The translations under genes were made by a program, and so were the position numbers. Shown piece by piece: positions 7,321 through 17,787 of a stretch of 35,493 nucleotides of DNA. How positions within the stretch are numbered: position 1 is the first letter of the stretch; the number at the start of each line of letters is the position of its first letter. The notes under the pieces are model-generated. The model had not been told where the DNA came from. It did no database searches and saw nothing but the letters and a program-made list of their open reading frames with translations. Location: IMG/VR virus record IMGVR_UViG_3300020045_002709, positions 1 to 35,493 of that record. One strand, written 5' to 3'. This DNA comes from a virus (lineage: Duplodnaviria > Caudoviricetes).

Positions 7321-9159
7321 TTAAATTATTACTTCGATTTCCATTCCAACACCACCGTTTCCTGTTGCTGTAACCCTCACGTATGAATCTGTGTACGACA
7401 TTGTTTGGTCAACCGTAACGTTAAACGATTTTGTCGTAGCGTTGCAAGCCTTTCCAGTTATCAGCGTTTCAAGTTCCGTTCCATCGTAGGAAAAAAGTTT
7501 AGCTTCGATATTCGTTAGTGAAGTTGTGGACTTGATTTTGATGGTTTTAACGGGCGAATTAAACGGTATTCGTATTGACTTCGGGCTTAATGAGATGTCA
7601 GTAGCAAATAATCCGCTTTTGTATGAGTCGGTAAGAATATTGGGGGTGTTTGAGAATAGACGGAGGTAAAAACCAAATAGCGGCCTTCCCGCTAAGCTGA
7701 CAGCTCCAGTTTCAATTGAGGAATCGGATACACCGTATAACCAACCTAATGAACCCCAATAACTTCCTTTAGCTCCAATTTCAAAAAATAGACCGCTTTC
7801 AGCCCTATTCCCGCCATCCACAAAACTAACCCCCGACTCATTCGTACTAAAAGCATTATCAAACCCGCCAAACAACGCCTTCATCTTTTTACCGCTAATC
7901 GTATCCCCGCCCAAATAATCACTTAGCATTGTAATTTCCAACTCGGAAGGTACGTGGAAACCTTTCGGGGCGTAGGTGTTAATGACAGGAATAGCATAGC
8001 CGTTGTATATTTTTCCATAGATAACCCCATTTGCTACGATGTTGGCGTAATGCGACCATGCTGGGGTGCTTAGTGCTGCCCATGTTGCATCGTCTTGCAC
8101 TTCTGGAATTGCCGTACCTCCAAATACCGTTGCTTCCAAGTTGGACGTAGATACCTGCTGAGAACCGACTGCTATGGTTGGGATGGCTGGAAATTCTGCG
8201 GAAAGAAAGGCGTGGAATTGTTGGGATTCGTAGGCGGAAAGGGTGCGGGAAATTAGTTGAAAATAAGAAATTTGGCCATCAAACGCATACCCATTTAGTG
8301 ACCTTAAAGCCGTAAATACTGCTGCTGCAGAATTAGATGCCGATAACGGCAATGCTTTTCCGTCAAATATTATGGCATTGTTTCCATTTGAGTATCGAAA
8401 TTCAATACTGTGGGATTCCCCAGCAGACAATGGCGTTGGTGCAACCATATAATTTACAGAGCCGTCATCAAATGATAGCTGCCCTGTTTCTATATGCAGG
8501 AAGTTAGAGCCAAGTTGAATAAAGTTTACAACACTTAATGCGTTTGGCTTTACTTTCAACAATACAGTCCAATCGTCTGATGTTCCAAATGATATTGCAT
8601 TATAGCCAAGCTGTGCTGTTGAAATGCCTGAAACACCTTTGATTGATTTTTTTTCGTTTGGTGCGATACCACCGCCAGCGTACCATCGATTTGTGGCTTC
8701 GATAAGGTCATTGTCCGAATCCGCCATGTTGAAAATGCGGGCAATCTTCCCCGCTGATTCGACCATACCGCAAGCGGGAACGGCAAGCAATGGAACGACA
8801 CCTTCGGCAAGGAGGTTTTTGTTTAGGTCGAAAACACGTTGCATAAATGCAATATCTTGTATTGTGCCCGAATTACCTACAACATGAGCATAGTACTCCG
8901 TATCGGGGTAAGTGTCCGAAAACGTAGAGGCTGCGGCTTCTATTTCCACTATTGCATCATCGGCTATCTGTTGGATTTCTGCCACAATTTCAGGCAGTCC
9001 GACAATCTGTTCAGCGTTGAACCGAATATCATCTTTATCTGTCCATGTTGAATGTGCAGGCGTATCAGTGGTTAGCGTTCTGATAGCCTTAACCCCCGAC
9101 ATTGAAGACTGTTCGGGTAGTTGATTTTCTTTTACTGTTGGAAAGCTGTTGTCTGCCAT
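7321..9159 (-). CDS. Tail fibre / receptor-binding protein with LamG-like and FISUMP (Fib_succ_major)-like domains
   Basis: FDGQISYFQLISRTLS (LamG-like); VGSQQVSTSNL, YGKIYN, PKGFHVPS, GKKMKA, TNESG, GGNR, YW (FISUMP-like); at the end of the tail module. Confidence 0.7.
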   Translation of the reverse strand: MADNSFPTVKENQLPEQSSMSGVKAIRTLTTDTPAHSTWTDKDDIRFNAEQIVGLPEIVAEIQQIADDAIVEIEAAASTFSDTYPDTEYYAHVVGNSGTIQDIAFMQRVFDLNKNLLAEGVVPLLAVPACGMVESAGKIARIFNMADSDNDLIEATNRWYAGGGIAPNEKKSIKGVSGISTAQLGYNAISFGTSDDWTVLLKVKPNALSVVNFIQLGSNFLHIETGQLSFDDGSVNYMVAPTPLSAGESHSIEFRYSNGNNAIIFDGKALPLSASNSAAAVFTALRSLNGYAFDGQISYFQLISRTLSAYESQQFHAFLSAEFPAIPTIAVGSQQVSTSNLEATVFGGTAIPEVQDDATWAALSTPAWSHYANIVANGVIYGKIYNGYAIPVINTYAPKGFHVPSELEITMLSDYLGGDTISGKKMKALFGGFDNAFSTNESGVSFVDGGNRAESGLFFEIGAKGSYWGSLGWLYGVSDSSIETGAVSLAGRPLFGFYLRLFSNTPNILTDSYKSGLFATDISLSPKSIRIPFNSPVKTIKIKSTTSLTNIEAKLFSYDGTELETLITGKACNATTKSFNVTVDQTMSYTDSYVRVTATGNGGVGMEIEVII

Positions 9160-9174
9160 TGTTGTATGTATTAA

Positions 9175-11229
9175 TTATTTAGCTGATATTGTGCGAGAGC
9201 CGATGGTATCAACCTGAAAATGGACTCCTACCTGTTCTAAGAACGGGTTATTGATAGGCTCTGTTCCTGTGCCTGCAATTCGTTTGATACGCATTTTTAG
9301 CTGTGTGCCTATCTTTATGCTTGTTCCCGTGATTGTGCCTAGCGAAAGGTAGTAAACAGACTTATCGGCTTGATTTGCAGGTATTGTCAGTTCGGCCGTT
9401 AGGGACGATTCAACGGTGAATACGTTAGCCCCATTGTCAGGTATTCCGTAAGTAAAGAATACCGTATATTTTACCTTTCGAGCCGTAGCGTTATTAAGTC
9501 CGTTGGTCGCTAGATGTAAATGAACCTCTAAATTTGTTCCCTCCTTGTAGCTGTGTGGGATTTCAATAGTTGCCATATCTTTATAATCATCAATGGCAAA
9601 AGTGTATGAATTAGTGTTTGCCGTGAATGCTGTCCATGTCGGTGCGTTCGATGCGGGTTGTGTGCCTGACGCTATGGCTACATTTATATCATCGTAAACT
9701 GGTGTTTCAAGTCGAAAAGTTTCGCCAGTGGTGGCCTTGAAAGGGGTAACATCGTCACGGATAACCTTATTTGATGCATACGTTTCTACTGTATCATATG
9801 TAATCTTTATAATGCTATCAGAAATATTGTATCCGTTGAAATTCTTATTTGATAGCGTGCAATCGGAATCAATGCGTGTGCGGAACATTTCAACGTCCGT
9901 ATTTGAAGTCAAATGACCATAGATTTCACAATCAGATAATTGAACAATATCATCGGTAATTGATCCTCCTATTCGATTTCGATAAGCAGACCCTGCCGCC
10001 CCAACTATTTGAATAACTGGAGTATTATTCCCATCATACTCAAAAATGTTTCCTACGATAATATAAGGGAAGGCTATATTATTTTTAATATCCCCTTGAC
10101 CAGTGTTATCCTTAATAATGGGCAGGTAATCAGCATCACAAAAATTATTATAACATCTCCTTGTTTTGTTCCCACTAAACGTTGCTCCGTCTGCCGCAAA
10201 ATTCCAATCATTATACTCAACCAAGAATCCATCCGTAGGATTAATATACTCACCGAAGATGTTTCCTTTATCATCCCATTGTTTTGAGATATAATCGGTA
10301 GCAAAATCATATATGCATCCGAACACTTCCGATTTATAATCATTATCTTCCATTTGAATTGGTTCGGAATACCCCCAATGAACGCTATCCAAACGCCAAG
10401 GGTCTGAATCGTCAATAGTCCCCGCATTACCGTCCGTTCCCGTTAGCTTATTCCAAACCCTACCCATAAATACGACCTTTTCGCCTGCGTTCGGTGATAA
10501 GGTTGGACGCCAAACGCCTAGCCATGTAGCCCCGTCATATACACCTGCCGTGTAGTGCTGTGGTACTATCCCAATCCTGATAGCTTCTGAATAGAATGTG
10601 GTAGAGGTTGCAGCCTCTAGGATTATACCATTATCGTTCCCGTGGTCAGTAAGACGATAAAGGACTCCCGGTGTTAATTTACCACCCGAAGCCATCGTTG
10701 TAAGTTCAGCCCATGTAGCCATGTAGTTAAACGAAGACCCACCTAGATATATTACATCAGACCAAGACCCTAGCGAATAATTACGCAAGAATAATCCCCG
10801 TGAGCCTTTAATCAATTGCCATGCTGTCGTTCGTACTATCGGTGTTACGTTCGCCTCCCCTATTGCGCTATTGTCGTGAGCCGTAACGCTATATACCTGC
10901 CCTATGATGGCATTGTAGGTGAAAGGAGTTATGGCAGTGTATTCGCCTGAAAAAGCCAAATCCATTGATGCTATGTCGGTGATATTCTTAATCTCCATCC
11001 CTGACCCGTTGATAGAACCATCCGCCTTGATGAACCCCAATTGTGATTTAATTACTGGCGTGGATACCTTTCCTGCGAGTGCTGCGACAAGGCCAGTAAT
11101 CTGACTTATAGGAAAGCTAATATCCTCTTTGTCCGTAAACTCGGATTTTGATTCCGTATCGGTCGACAGGGTGCGAAAAGCTTTCACACGTGCCATTGTT
11201 GAATTATCGGGCAGTTGATTCTCTTTCAT
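9175..11229 (-). CDS. Tail fibre / receptor-binding protein
   Basis: 684 aa, Gly/Asn/Thr rich; LTPGVLYRLTD; C-terminal PHSYKEGTNLEVHLH domain; position in the tail module. Confidence 0.7.
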   Translation of the reverse strand: MKENQLPDNSTMARVKAFRTLSTDTESKSEFTDKEDISFPISQITGLVAALAGKVSTPVIKSQLGFIKADGSINGSGMEIKNITDIASMDLAFSGEYTAITPFTYNAIIGQVYSVTAHDNSAIGEANVTPIVRTTAWQLIKGSRGLFLRNYSLGSWSDVIYLGGSSFNYMATWAELTTMASGGKLTPGVLYRLTDHGNDNGIILEAATSTTFYSEAIRIGIVPQHYTAGVYDGATWLGVWRPTLSPNAGEKVVFMGRVWNKLTGTDGNAGTIDDSDPWRLDSVHWGYSEPIQMEDNDYKSEVFGCIYDFATDYISKQWDDKGNIFGEYINPTDGFLVEYNDWNFAADGATFSGNKTRRCYNNFCDADYLPIIKDNTGQGDIKNNIAFPYIIVGNIFEYDGNNTPVIQIVGAAGSAYRNRIGGSITDDIVQLSDCEIYGHLTSNTDVEMFRTRIDSDCTLSNKNFNGYNISDSIIKITYDTVETYASNKVIRDDVTPFKATTGETFRLETPVYDDINVAIASGTQPASNAPTWTAFTANTNSYTFAIDDYKDMATIEIPHSYKEGTNLEVHLHLATNGLNNATARKVKYTVFFTYGIPDNGANVFTVESSLTAELTIPANQADKSVYYLSLGTITGTSIKIGTQLKMRIKRIAGTGTEPINNPFLEQVGVHFQVDTIGSRTISAK

Positions 11230-12098
11230 ATCTCAAGTATTTGTTCTAGTTCATCAGTCAGAAGTACAGCTTCTTCGTTGGTCAAATAAATACCGCCTAC
11301 CATCGTTTGGGTGTTTCTGTTTGTTGTTGTCTTTGTTCCTATACGAAGGATTTTCTTCATATCCACACCGTCAGACAGTTCAATCTCTCCAACCTTCGTG
11401 CGTTGCATATTATCGTAAAGTAAGGTATCGCAAGCTAGATAAGCATTGATCTTTTGAGCCATCCAACGAGGAAGTCCGTTTGCATCACCTAACGTACAAT
11501 ATTCAACATCATAAGGACTCGAATAGGTTAGGGTATCCTCCTGCGATTGATTCGTGAAGTATTCTTCGTCTGACCGTAGCTCGAAATCATCGGGTTTAAA
11601 CCCTCCCTCTACTCTTATCGTAAACAGGTGGTCTAATTGGAACGCCCCAAAGAAGGTGTTAAATTCATTCCTAGTGTGGTGTGCAGTCAGTTGGATGGTG
11701 TCCTGCGTTGCCCCGATTTCAATAGGCAAAGAATAGGCCATCAATCCGCCACTGTAAGTTATCGTGAAATAAACGACCCCAGAAAGCTTATTGCATGGTA
11801 TGTAGTAATCACCGTAGTAATCGCCATTCGCTAAAAGGGTGTAAGTTGCAGTATAAACCAAAGCCGTAACTCCATCCCACACGGGGGATTCTTTTTGGTA
11901 GTCCATCGCATTAAGTACGACACTGTTTGCCGTAGGGTCTGAAGCGAAATGCAACTGAACGTGGATAGTATCGGAAAGGCCGAACTTCTGAACGTAATTG
12001 AACGCCCTAGGGTAGTGAACCTCCTCCGTTCCGTATGCCACTTGCTTGAATTGCAAGGGACAAAGGTTTGGGATTATTAAGCTGCTATTGTATATCAT
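11226..12098 (-). CDS. Putative tail tip / minor tail protein
   Basis: Synteny only; 290 aa, beta-rich. Confidence 0.55.
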   Translation of the reverse strand: MIYNSSLIIPNLCPLQFKQVAYGTEEVHYPRAFNYVQKFGLSDTIHVQLHFASDPTANSVVLNAMDYQKESPVWDGVTALVYTATYTLLANGDYYGDYYIPCNKLSGVVYFTITYSGGLMAYSLPIEIGATQDTIQLTAHHTRNEFNTFFGAFQLDHLFTIRVEGGFKPDDFELRSDEEYFTNQSQEDTLTYSSPYDVEYCTLGDANGLPRWMAQKINAYLACDTLLYDNMQRTKVGEIELSDGVDMKKILRIGTKTTTNRNTQTMVGGIYLTNEEAVLLTDELEQILEI

Positions 12099-14077
12099 GT
12101 TATGCTTTTAATCATTCCTACCCACGATTGAGCGTTCACGGCTGTCAATCGCAAAGTTATATCTTTTATCCACATTTTATACGTTTTGCCTGCATTATTA
12201 TCCACTAATTCGTAATAATTATACAGATTCGCATTTATGAACGCAAGGTCTTGAATCCTTATTGCCGTTTCAAAGCTGATTTTCTGTGCTAAAAACAAAG
12301 GAGATGCCATTAAGATAGCTAATGATGAGTTCATAGCGTTTTCGTATGTCATAGTGGATTCCCACGGAAACTGGCAATTATAATCTGCCTTACGGCCTGT
12401 TGACGAAAAAATGATGCTAGTGTATGATACTCCAAGGTATTTCCCGTTTGCCATCAATAAACGCATCGGTGATATTGGTAGGTTATATGCCATTGCGGGA
12501 AGATTGCCTTGGGTTATGTACGTCCTATAAAGCGTTGCAGTTGTTGTAAAATTCCCAACAGCGAAAACAAAAATATCATTATCCGAAGTCTTTGTTTTGG
12601 TTGAATCGTCCGATTTATCAGACATAAATTGCTCAATGGTGTACATCGAACCCTTGAACGGATGAACCAGGTCGAGTTCCTTTTCTTCGGTCAGACCTGA
12701 CTCAATAGTAAAAGTATTGATGCAATTTACCTCTAGCGTTCCGTTTACTGCATTCTCATCTGTTTCGTAACCTACCCTAACTTTGTTGTAAACATGGGTG
12801 GTATCTATTTCGGTCTTAACTCCGTTGATAGGTATTACATCACAGGCTTTTGTAGCCGTGAAAAACGTTTCTGGGTAATCAATCCTAACTACCGAACCTG
12901 TAACATCGTAGTCAGCACCGTATTCGCACTGCAATGCTTTCATAAGGTCGGTAAACTTCAATGTAATTACAGGTGCATCCGCTTTCTGCAATCCTGTGGA
13001 TGAAGTCAGCACGGTAACAAATCCTTTCGATGAAGTCAGAACCGGTAAATTATAAGTCAGTGATGCCGTTGGTGCAATCTTGGCTAATATCTGTTCTACT
13101 GCCCATTTATATGTAACGATTGGTATTTGAACGTTCTGAAAGATGGATGCCTCGGTAGTTATAATTCTTAGTGTTGTTCCTGTTGCCTGACATACCGCAA
13201 AAGTAGAGGATGAACCTCCACGAGTCCACCAAAAAGCTAACTTCTCATTGGCTAGGAATGCGGTAGTGAAATTGTAAGTAGCATTAAGGTCGAAACGTGC
13301 CGTATATGCATAGTTTATACCGTTAATCGTACCTCCGAATCCCGTCTTTTCAAACGAGCAATAAACACCACTTGTAGAAGTAAGCACTTCGGCTGAACCG
13401 TTCGTCTTAATTTTGACAATCTGCAAACGGCAATTTTCAGAGGTGTAATTCGTTCCAACATAAACAGACCCGATTTTAAGCTCAATAGAGGCCGTATTTG
13501 CCACTTTGCACGTAGCGTTCATGGATTTACTGCTAATAGTAAACAAATCGCTTGGTGCTATCTGTGTGCGGTTTGACGGTATGAAATAATTTGATGATGA
13601 ATACTTGTCAGTATCTCCGTTACGTGCTGACAGCTTGTTTGTCCTATCCTTTGAAACTCCTACATAATCCAAAATAAGGTCTTTGGGTAGCACTAAATCG
13701 TAAGGTGTTGATTTGTTATCATCAATCTGCTTTCTGACGCTGTTTTCAAGGCATCGAATAGAGGTGTTCCGGCCTTCGTTGGATATCGTGGAGAAATCAA
13801 GTTTGAAGGTGTTGAAATCTGCATACGTCCAGTCATCCTTCCTTTTCTCGAACCTTAAAGCACAAACAGCCTTCATTCCGTACTGTGTCGATAGATTACG
13901 GATGATTTCGGCTGCGTTTCGGGAAAAAGTAAACTCACTCGTAATTTCCCGATTAACCCCAAACTCAACCCCATTTCTAGCGATACCCATTTCGACATCC
14001 CGCCAATTGTTAGGAGTGGCTTCGGCTTCTAGTGCATCACCGTATTGAAGCGTAAACTTCGATTCTTCGCCCATCAT
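12095..14077 (-). CDS. Putative tail tip / baseplate hub protein
   Basis: 660 aa, directly after the tape measure gene. Confidence 0.6.
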   Translation of the reverse strand: MMGEESKFTLQYGDALEAEATPNNWRDVEMGIARNGVEFGVNREITSEFTFSRNAAEIIRNLSTQYGMKAVCALRFEKRKDDWTYADFNTFKLDFSTISNEGRNTSIRCLENSVRKQIDDNKSTPYDLVLPKDLILDYVGVSKDRTNKLSARNGDTDKYSSSNYFIPSNRTQIAPSDLFTISSKSMNATCKVANTASIELKIGSVYVGTNYTSENCRLQIVKIKTNGSAEVLTSTSGVYCSFEKTGFGGTINGINYAYTARFDLNATYNFTTAFLANEKLAFWWTRGGSSSTFAVCQATGTTLRIITTEASIFQNVQIPIVTYKWAVEQILAKIAPTASLTYNLPVLTSSKGFVTVLTSSTGLQKADAPVITLKFTDLMKALQCEYGADYDVTGSVVRIDYPETFFTATKACDVIPINGVKTEIDTTHVYNKVRVGYETDENAVNGTLEVNCINTFTIESGLTEEKELDLVHPFKGSMYTIEQFMSDKSDDSTKTKTSDNDIFVFAVGNFTTTATLYRTYITQGNLPAMAYNLPISPMRLLMANGKYLGVSYTSIIFSSTGRKADYNCQFPWESTMTYENAMNSSLAILMASPLFLAQKISFETAIRIQDLAFINANLYNYYELVDNNAGKTYKMWIKDITLRLTAVNAQSWVGMIKSIT

Positions 14078-14078
14078 A

Positions 14079-16577
14079 TCAGTTCAGTTTTAGGTTACGT
14101 GCGGTTTCGATTTCTTCCCTCAATGAAGGCTTGCGGTAGGTCGATTCCTTGCGTTTGGATTCAATCTCGATCAACTTGTCGAGCTTCTTTTCAAGGTTCT
14201 TCGTGTCGAAATTAATGCCTGCCTCAACCATGATAGACCGCATAATATCCCGATTGTTCAGAACGGAAGCATCAGGGAATATCTGCGTTCCTTTTTCCAT
14301 CGAAACTACGGTAGGCGTTGAAGGTGTGGTGTAAAGTTGTCCATCGGGGGTAAGGACTAATTCGGAACGTCCACCGTCACCAACTAGGGCTATGCCATCC
14401 TTGCCCATTTCGCCACCTTCGGCAAAGGCTGGGATTGTTTGGGCTGCGATAAGTGCCGACATTGCGATAGCTTCGCCCAAGTACCAAGGCTGCAAGGCGG
14501 GGTTAAATCCAGTTGCACCGACTGCCTTTGCGTAATCTACCCAAATCTGTGCGACTGCGATAGCTTGTTCAAGAATAAAGGCATCCCGTTTGGCTTGCCG
14601 TTGCTTTTGGTCTATTTCGTTCTGTTTGGCTACGGAATCGGCTTCAATCTGCATTTTTTGCGTCTGGTAATCCTCATTCGTAATCAACCCTTGTTTATTG
14701 GATTCCTCCAAGTCTGAAAGTTGCTTGTCGGATTGCTCCTTGTTTCGTTCAGATTCGTCCTCTAATTTGTTGTTGTACCATTCAAAATAGGAATCGCCCA
14801 AAGCCTTTGCGGTGTCCCACATTTTACCATAGATGCTTGTTTTTTTGTCTGAAATAGCTTGGTCTTCCTCTAATTGTTTGAGTCCTGAATCAGCTAAGAA
14901 TTTATTGTATTGCTCAATTTGGTCTTTAGACATTAGCTTCTTAAGCGTATCGGCCATTATATTAGCACGGCTTTCAAGACCGCCAAGGTTTAACCCTTCT
15001 GTGCTGAAAATGTCGGTTTTTCCTAATCCTTCATTTGCAAGACCTATTTTTTGCAATGTCGTGCGTAATAGATTTATGCCTTCAACAGTTGCTTTTACTT
15101 TTTTATTGGCATTATCGTTACTATCTGAAAAAATATTTACAGCACCCGACCCCTGCCTTAATTCTTGCCTCATGCCTGCTAGTGCATTTACATACTCAAC
15201 ACTTCTAGTAACACCCAAAGCCAAACCTTCGTTTTCCTTTTTAAGCGAATTTTGCAAAGTAGTGGATTCCATAAAGAATCCTTTAGCCTTGTCCTGCTTA
15301 ATGGTTTCCTCGTTCTGTTTTATTTTAGCCTGTTTTGCTTTGTATAGATTCCTTTCGGCTTCAATTTCCTTGTCAATGTATTTCAATTTGTCCTTTTGTC
15401 CGCTAAGTTCCATTTGGAAATCTTCCAAACGTCCGCTTGTGATATTCTCGGTCGAACGTTTCATCTTTTTGGCGGTCGATTCAAACGTATTACCCAATGT
15501 AACCAATCCTTCGGCTAGTGGAATAACGGCTTTTAAAAGAATACCGCCCAACTGCTCACGTATTTCTCCCCATTGTACACGAAGGTTCGCAAGTTGTCCC
15601 CATTGTGCTTTCATCGCCTCGGTATTTCCACCTTCAAACTTAGTCAGTCCTTCAATGATTTTAGAATAGTTTTCTGCTTGGCTACCTGTGTCCTTGAATG
15701 ATAAACCTAATTGACCTAAAGCGGAGCGAGCCATAACGCCCGAAGTAACACCCTTGTCGATAGCCATTGCCATTTCATCCAACGATTTACCGGAAGCGGC
15801 TGCGGCATCTACCATTTTAGGCAGTAATTCCGTAACCTGTTGCATCGAAAGTCCGTAGTTCAGCATCGTTGTGGCTGCATCCATTATCTGCTCATCGTCA
15901 AAGATTCCCATCAATTTAGATGCTTGCTTCGATAGTTTAGCAATATCTGAATCGCTTCCACCGCCTACGTTCTTAACAGCAAATGAAAGCCTTTGTATTG
16001 ATTTTTCGGATTCCTCGGCATCTTTCGACATTCCGGCAAACGCTGCGCCAATAGCTGCCACGGCTGCCGCCCATCCTGCTGCTGCCAAATTCGATAAAGC
16101 TTTTTCGTACTTCCCAACGTCCAAGGTAGCGTTTCCGGTCGCTTTCTGTGATGCCGACATTGCCTTGCGTAGCTTCTCGGTATCGGTTATAAGTTTTTGC
16201 TTCGATTTGTCGGCCTTAATCTCGGCCTCTGACATCTTATTAATCTCTATTCTATTTAGAGAATATTGAGCCGACATACGGTTAAATGAATTTTCAGCCG
16301 AACGGTTTAATTGTACGGTCAATCTCTTGATTCTATTTCCTTCTTGTAGTGCAATCTTTTCCTCATCGGTTTTCTTAACGGCTTTCTCTTTTGCAACCGC
16401 TAATTTAACTTCGGACTCGGCTACGGCTTTAGTGTCAGCAACGAACTTTGTCATATCAATCGGCTGCTTATTTATTGCAGCAATATCTGACTCAATCTTA
16501 GTCAGAGCCGATTCTAGGCGTTTGAGTTCGTCAAAAACCTCTTTACTGACAATGTTATCTATTATTCCTTGTTCCAT
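14079..16577 (-). CDS. Tape measure protein
   Basis: 832 aa, helical and Ala-rich; TGNATLDVGKY; C-terminal IPAFAEGG...ALVGDGGRSELV. Confidence 0.88.
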   Translation of the reverse strand: MEQGIIDNIVSKEVFDELKRLESALTKIESDIAAINKQPIDMTKFVADTKAVAESEVKLAVAKEKAVKKTDEEKIALQEGNRIKRLTVQLNRSAENSFNRMSAQYSLNRIEINKMSEAEIKADKSKQKLITDTEKLRKAMSASQKATGNATLDVGKYEKALSNLAAAGWAAAVAAIGAAFAGMSKDAEESEKSIQRLSFAVKNVGGGSDSDIAKLSKQASKLMGIFDDEQIMDAATTMLNYGLSMQQVTELLPKMVDAAAASGKSLDEMAMAIDKGVTSGVMARSALGQLGLSFKDTGSQAENYSKIIEGLTKFEGGNTEAMKAQWGQLANLRVQWGEIREQLGGILLKAVIPLAEGLVTLGNTFESTAKKMKRSTENITSGRLEDFQMELSGQKDKLKYIDKEIEAERNLYKAKQAKIKQNEETIKQDKAKGFFMESTTLQNSLKKENEGLALGVTRSVEYVNALAGMRQELRQGSGAVNIFSDSNDNANKKVKATVEGINLLRTTLQKIGLANEGLGKTDIFSTEGLNLGGLESRANIMADTLKKLMSKDQIEQYNKFLADSGLKQLEEDQAISDKKTSIYGKMWDTAKALGDSYFEWYNNKLEDESERNKEQSDKQLSDLEESNKQGLITNEDYQTQKMQIEADSVAKQNEIDQKQRQAKRDAFILEQAIAVAQIWVDYAKAVGATGFNPALQPWYLGEAIAMSALIAAQTIPAFAEGGEMGKDGIALVGDGGRSELVLTPDGQLYTTPSTPTVVSMEKGTQIFPDASVLNNRDIMRSIMVEAGINFDTKNLEKKLDKLIEIESKRKESTYRKPSLREEIETARNLKLN

Positions 16578-17226
16578 TGTGTTGCTTTTCTAGTTCGTTG
16601 CAATAATCCCGATAATCATTCTGGTAACCTATGTACAAAGATAGTTGAATTGTGGATAGAATTGGAAAACCTACGAATTTACTTATCCTGCTGCGTTCTT
16701 GGTTGTAATCGGTCATTGTAGGCCGTTTAACGTCCGATTTGGTTATCAAGGTGTCTATTTCAAGGTCTAAGCCTTTAAGTTCGGCTATGCACCTTCTAAA
16801 TGCCTTCAGTCTGTCCTCGTTCGGCTCGATGATGTGCTGTTTTGTCAAGTAATCCATAACGATACTTGATTCTCGGTTCTTTAGAATCAGATAGCATCCA
16901 TATACAATAGTCCTGCGTTCCGATTTACGGACAATTTTCGCCTGTTTTTCCTTTGTTTGCCGCACTTCGGGGTTCGTTGTCAGTCGATTGTAGTCCTCTA
17001 GCAGCATCGCCAAACCTCGTATAAGTATGCGTTTTTGTGTATAAAGATGCGTTTTTTGCAGCAATTCGTACCTTTCGTAGCAAATAACCTTCAAATAGTC
17101 ACCCAAAGTGATAGAGTCGCACGAAGTACTGACATTCACAAGGAACATCTTATCAATGCGTTCACGTACGACCGATTTGCATCCGTGTAGTGCTATCTTT
17201 AGTGGTTTGAAGGTGTCTTTTGTCAT
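16555..17226 (-). CDS. Hypothetical protein, possible tail assembly chaperone
   Basis: Position immediately upstream of the tape measure gene. Confidence 0.5.
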   Translation of the reverse strand: MTKDTFKPLKIALHGCKSVVRERIDKMFLVNVSTSCDSITLGDYLKVICYERYELLQKTHLYTQKRILIRGLAMLLEDYNRLTTNPEVRQTKEKQAKIVRKSERRTIVYGCYLILKNRESSIVMDYLTKQHIIEPNEDRLKAFRRCIAELKGLDLEIDTLITKSDVKRPTMTDYNQERSRISKFVGFPILSTIQLSLYIGYQNDYRDYCNELEKQHNGTRNNR

Positions 17227-17657
17227 TGTGCGAAATGTTGGTCAATTTTACGCTTTAAAATAGGTCTGACTAGGGTAGCGAGTTCGGACATTTGCGGTTT
17301 TGAGATTAAGAATATCTCATCACCGTATCGCTGCACCAATTCATCCCGCTTCCAATCTTTTGAATCAATGGATATGAAGTTTTCGCCTACCTCGGTAAAG
17401 AAGGATTTCCAAAACTCACCCGTATCAATCAAGGCAATACGTTCGCCCATCAGTATCGTTCCCCGTTCCTGTTTGGATTTCTTGGTTAAATAAGAATAGC
17501 GGGGCATCTGTGTCCCATCGCCCCGCTTTCCTTCTCCTAATTGTTCATGCACTAAAGCCGTAACTTTACCGTCCTTGTCCAATTCTGCCAAACATTCCTC
17601 AACTAAATCAAGGATGCTTAGGGTTTGGACTTTTCTTAGGTATTGGCTCGGATTCAT
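17223..17657 (-). CDS. Putative neck / tail completion protein
   Basis: YSYLTKKSK and LIDTGEF motifs, typical of virion-morphogenesis proteins. Confidence 0.6.
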   Translation of the reverse strand: MNPSQYLRKVQTLSILDLVEECLAELDKDGKVTALVHEQLGEGKRGDGTQMPRYSYLTKKSKQERGTILMGERIALIDTGEFWKSFFTEVGENFISIDSKDWKRDELVQRYGDEIFLISKPQMSELATLVRPILKRKIDQHFAQ

Positions 17658-17787
17658 GCGTTGCGTTCCATGCTAGGTTTCTTTCCGATTCATCCACGTG
17701 GGAGAAGTCTTTGTCGAACTTCGCACGGGTTACTTTGGAAAGATACGCCCGACTGATATAGCCGGACGGTATCCTTACGTCTTCCAT
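17608..17787 (-). CDS. 59-aa hypothetical protein (not in ORF track)
   Basis: MEDVRIPSGYISRAYLSKV...PNPKHP*; TAATG overlap with the tail-tube stop. Confidence 0.55.
   Translation of the reverse strand: MEDVRIPSGYISRAYLSKVTRAKFDKDFSHVDESERNLAWNATHESEPIPKKSPNPKHP

Noticed and set aside
7321-11229. DGR or invertible shufflon acting on the tail fibres
   Set aside because: No reverse transcriptase, recombinase, template repeat or inverted repeats seen in the window; cannot be excluded outside it.
14833-15669. 278-aa plus-strand ORF and other long antisense ORFs over structural genes
   Set aside because: Shadow frames of the tape measure, capsid and terminase genes, with unnatural composition and no expression signals.
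17248-17259. In-frame T_TTA_AAG heptamer as a tail-chaperone -1 frameshift
   Set aside because: The -1 frame hits TAA one codon later, so no fusion to the 223-aa ORF is possible.
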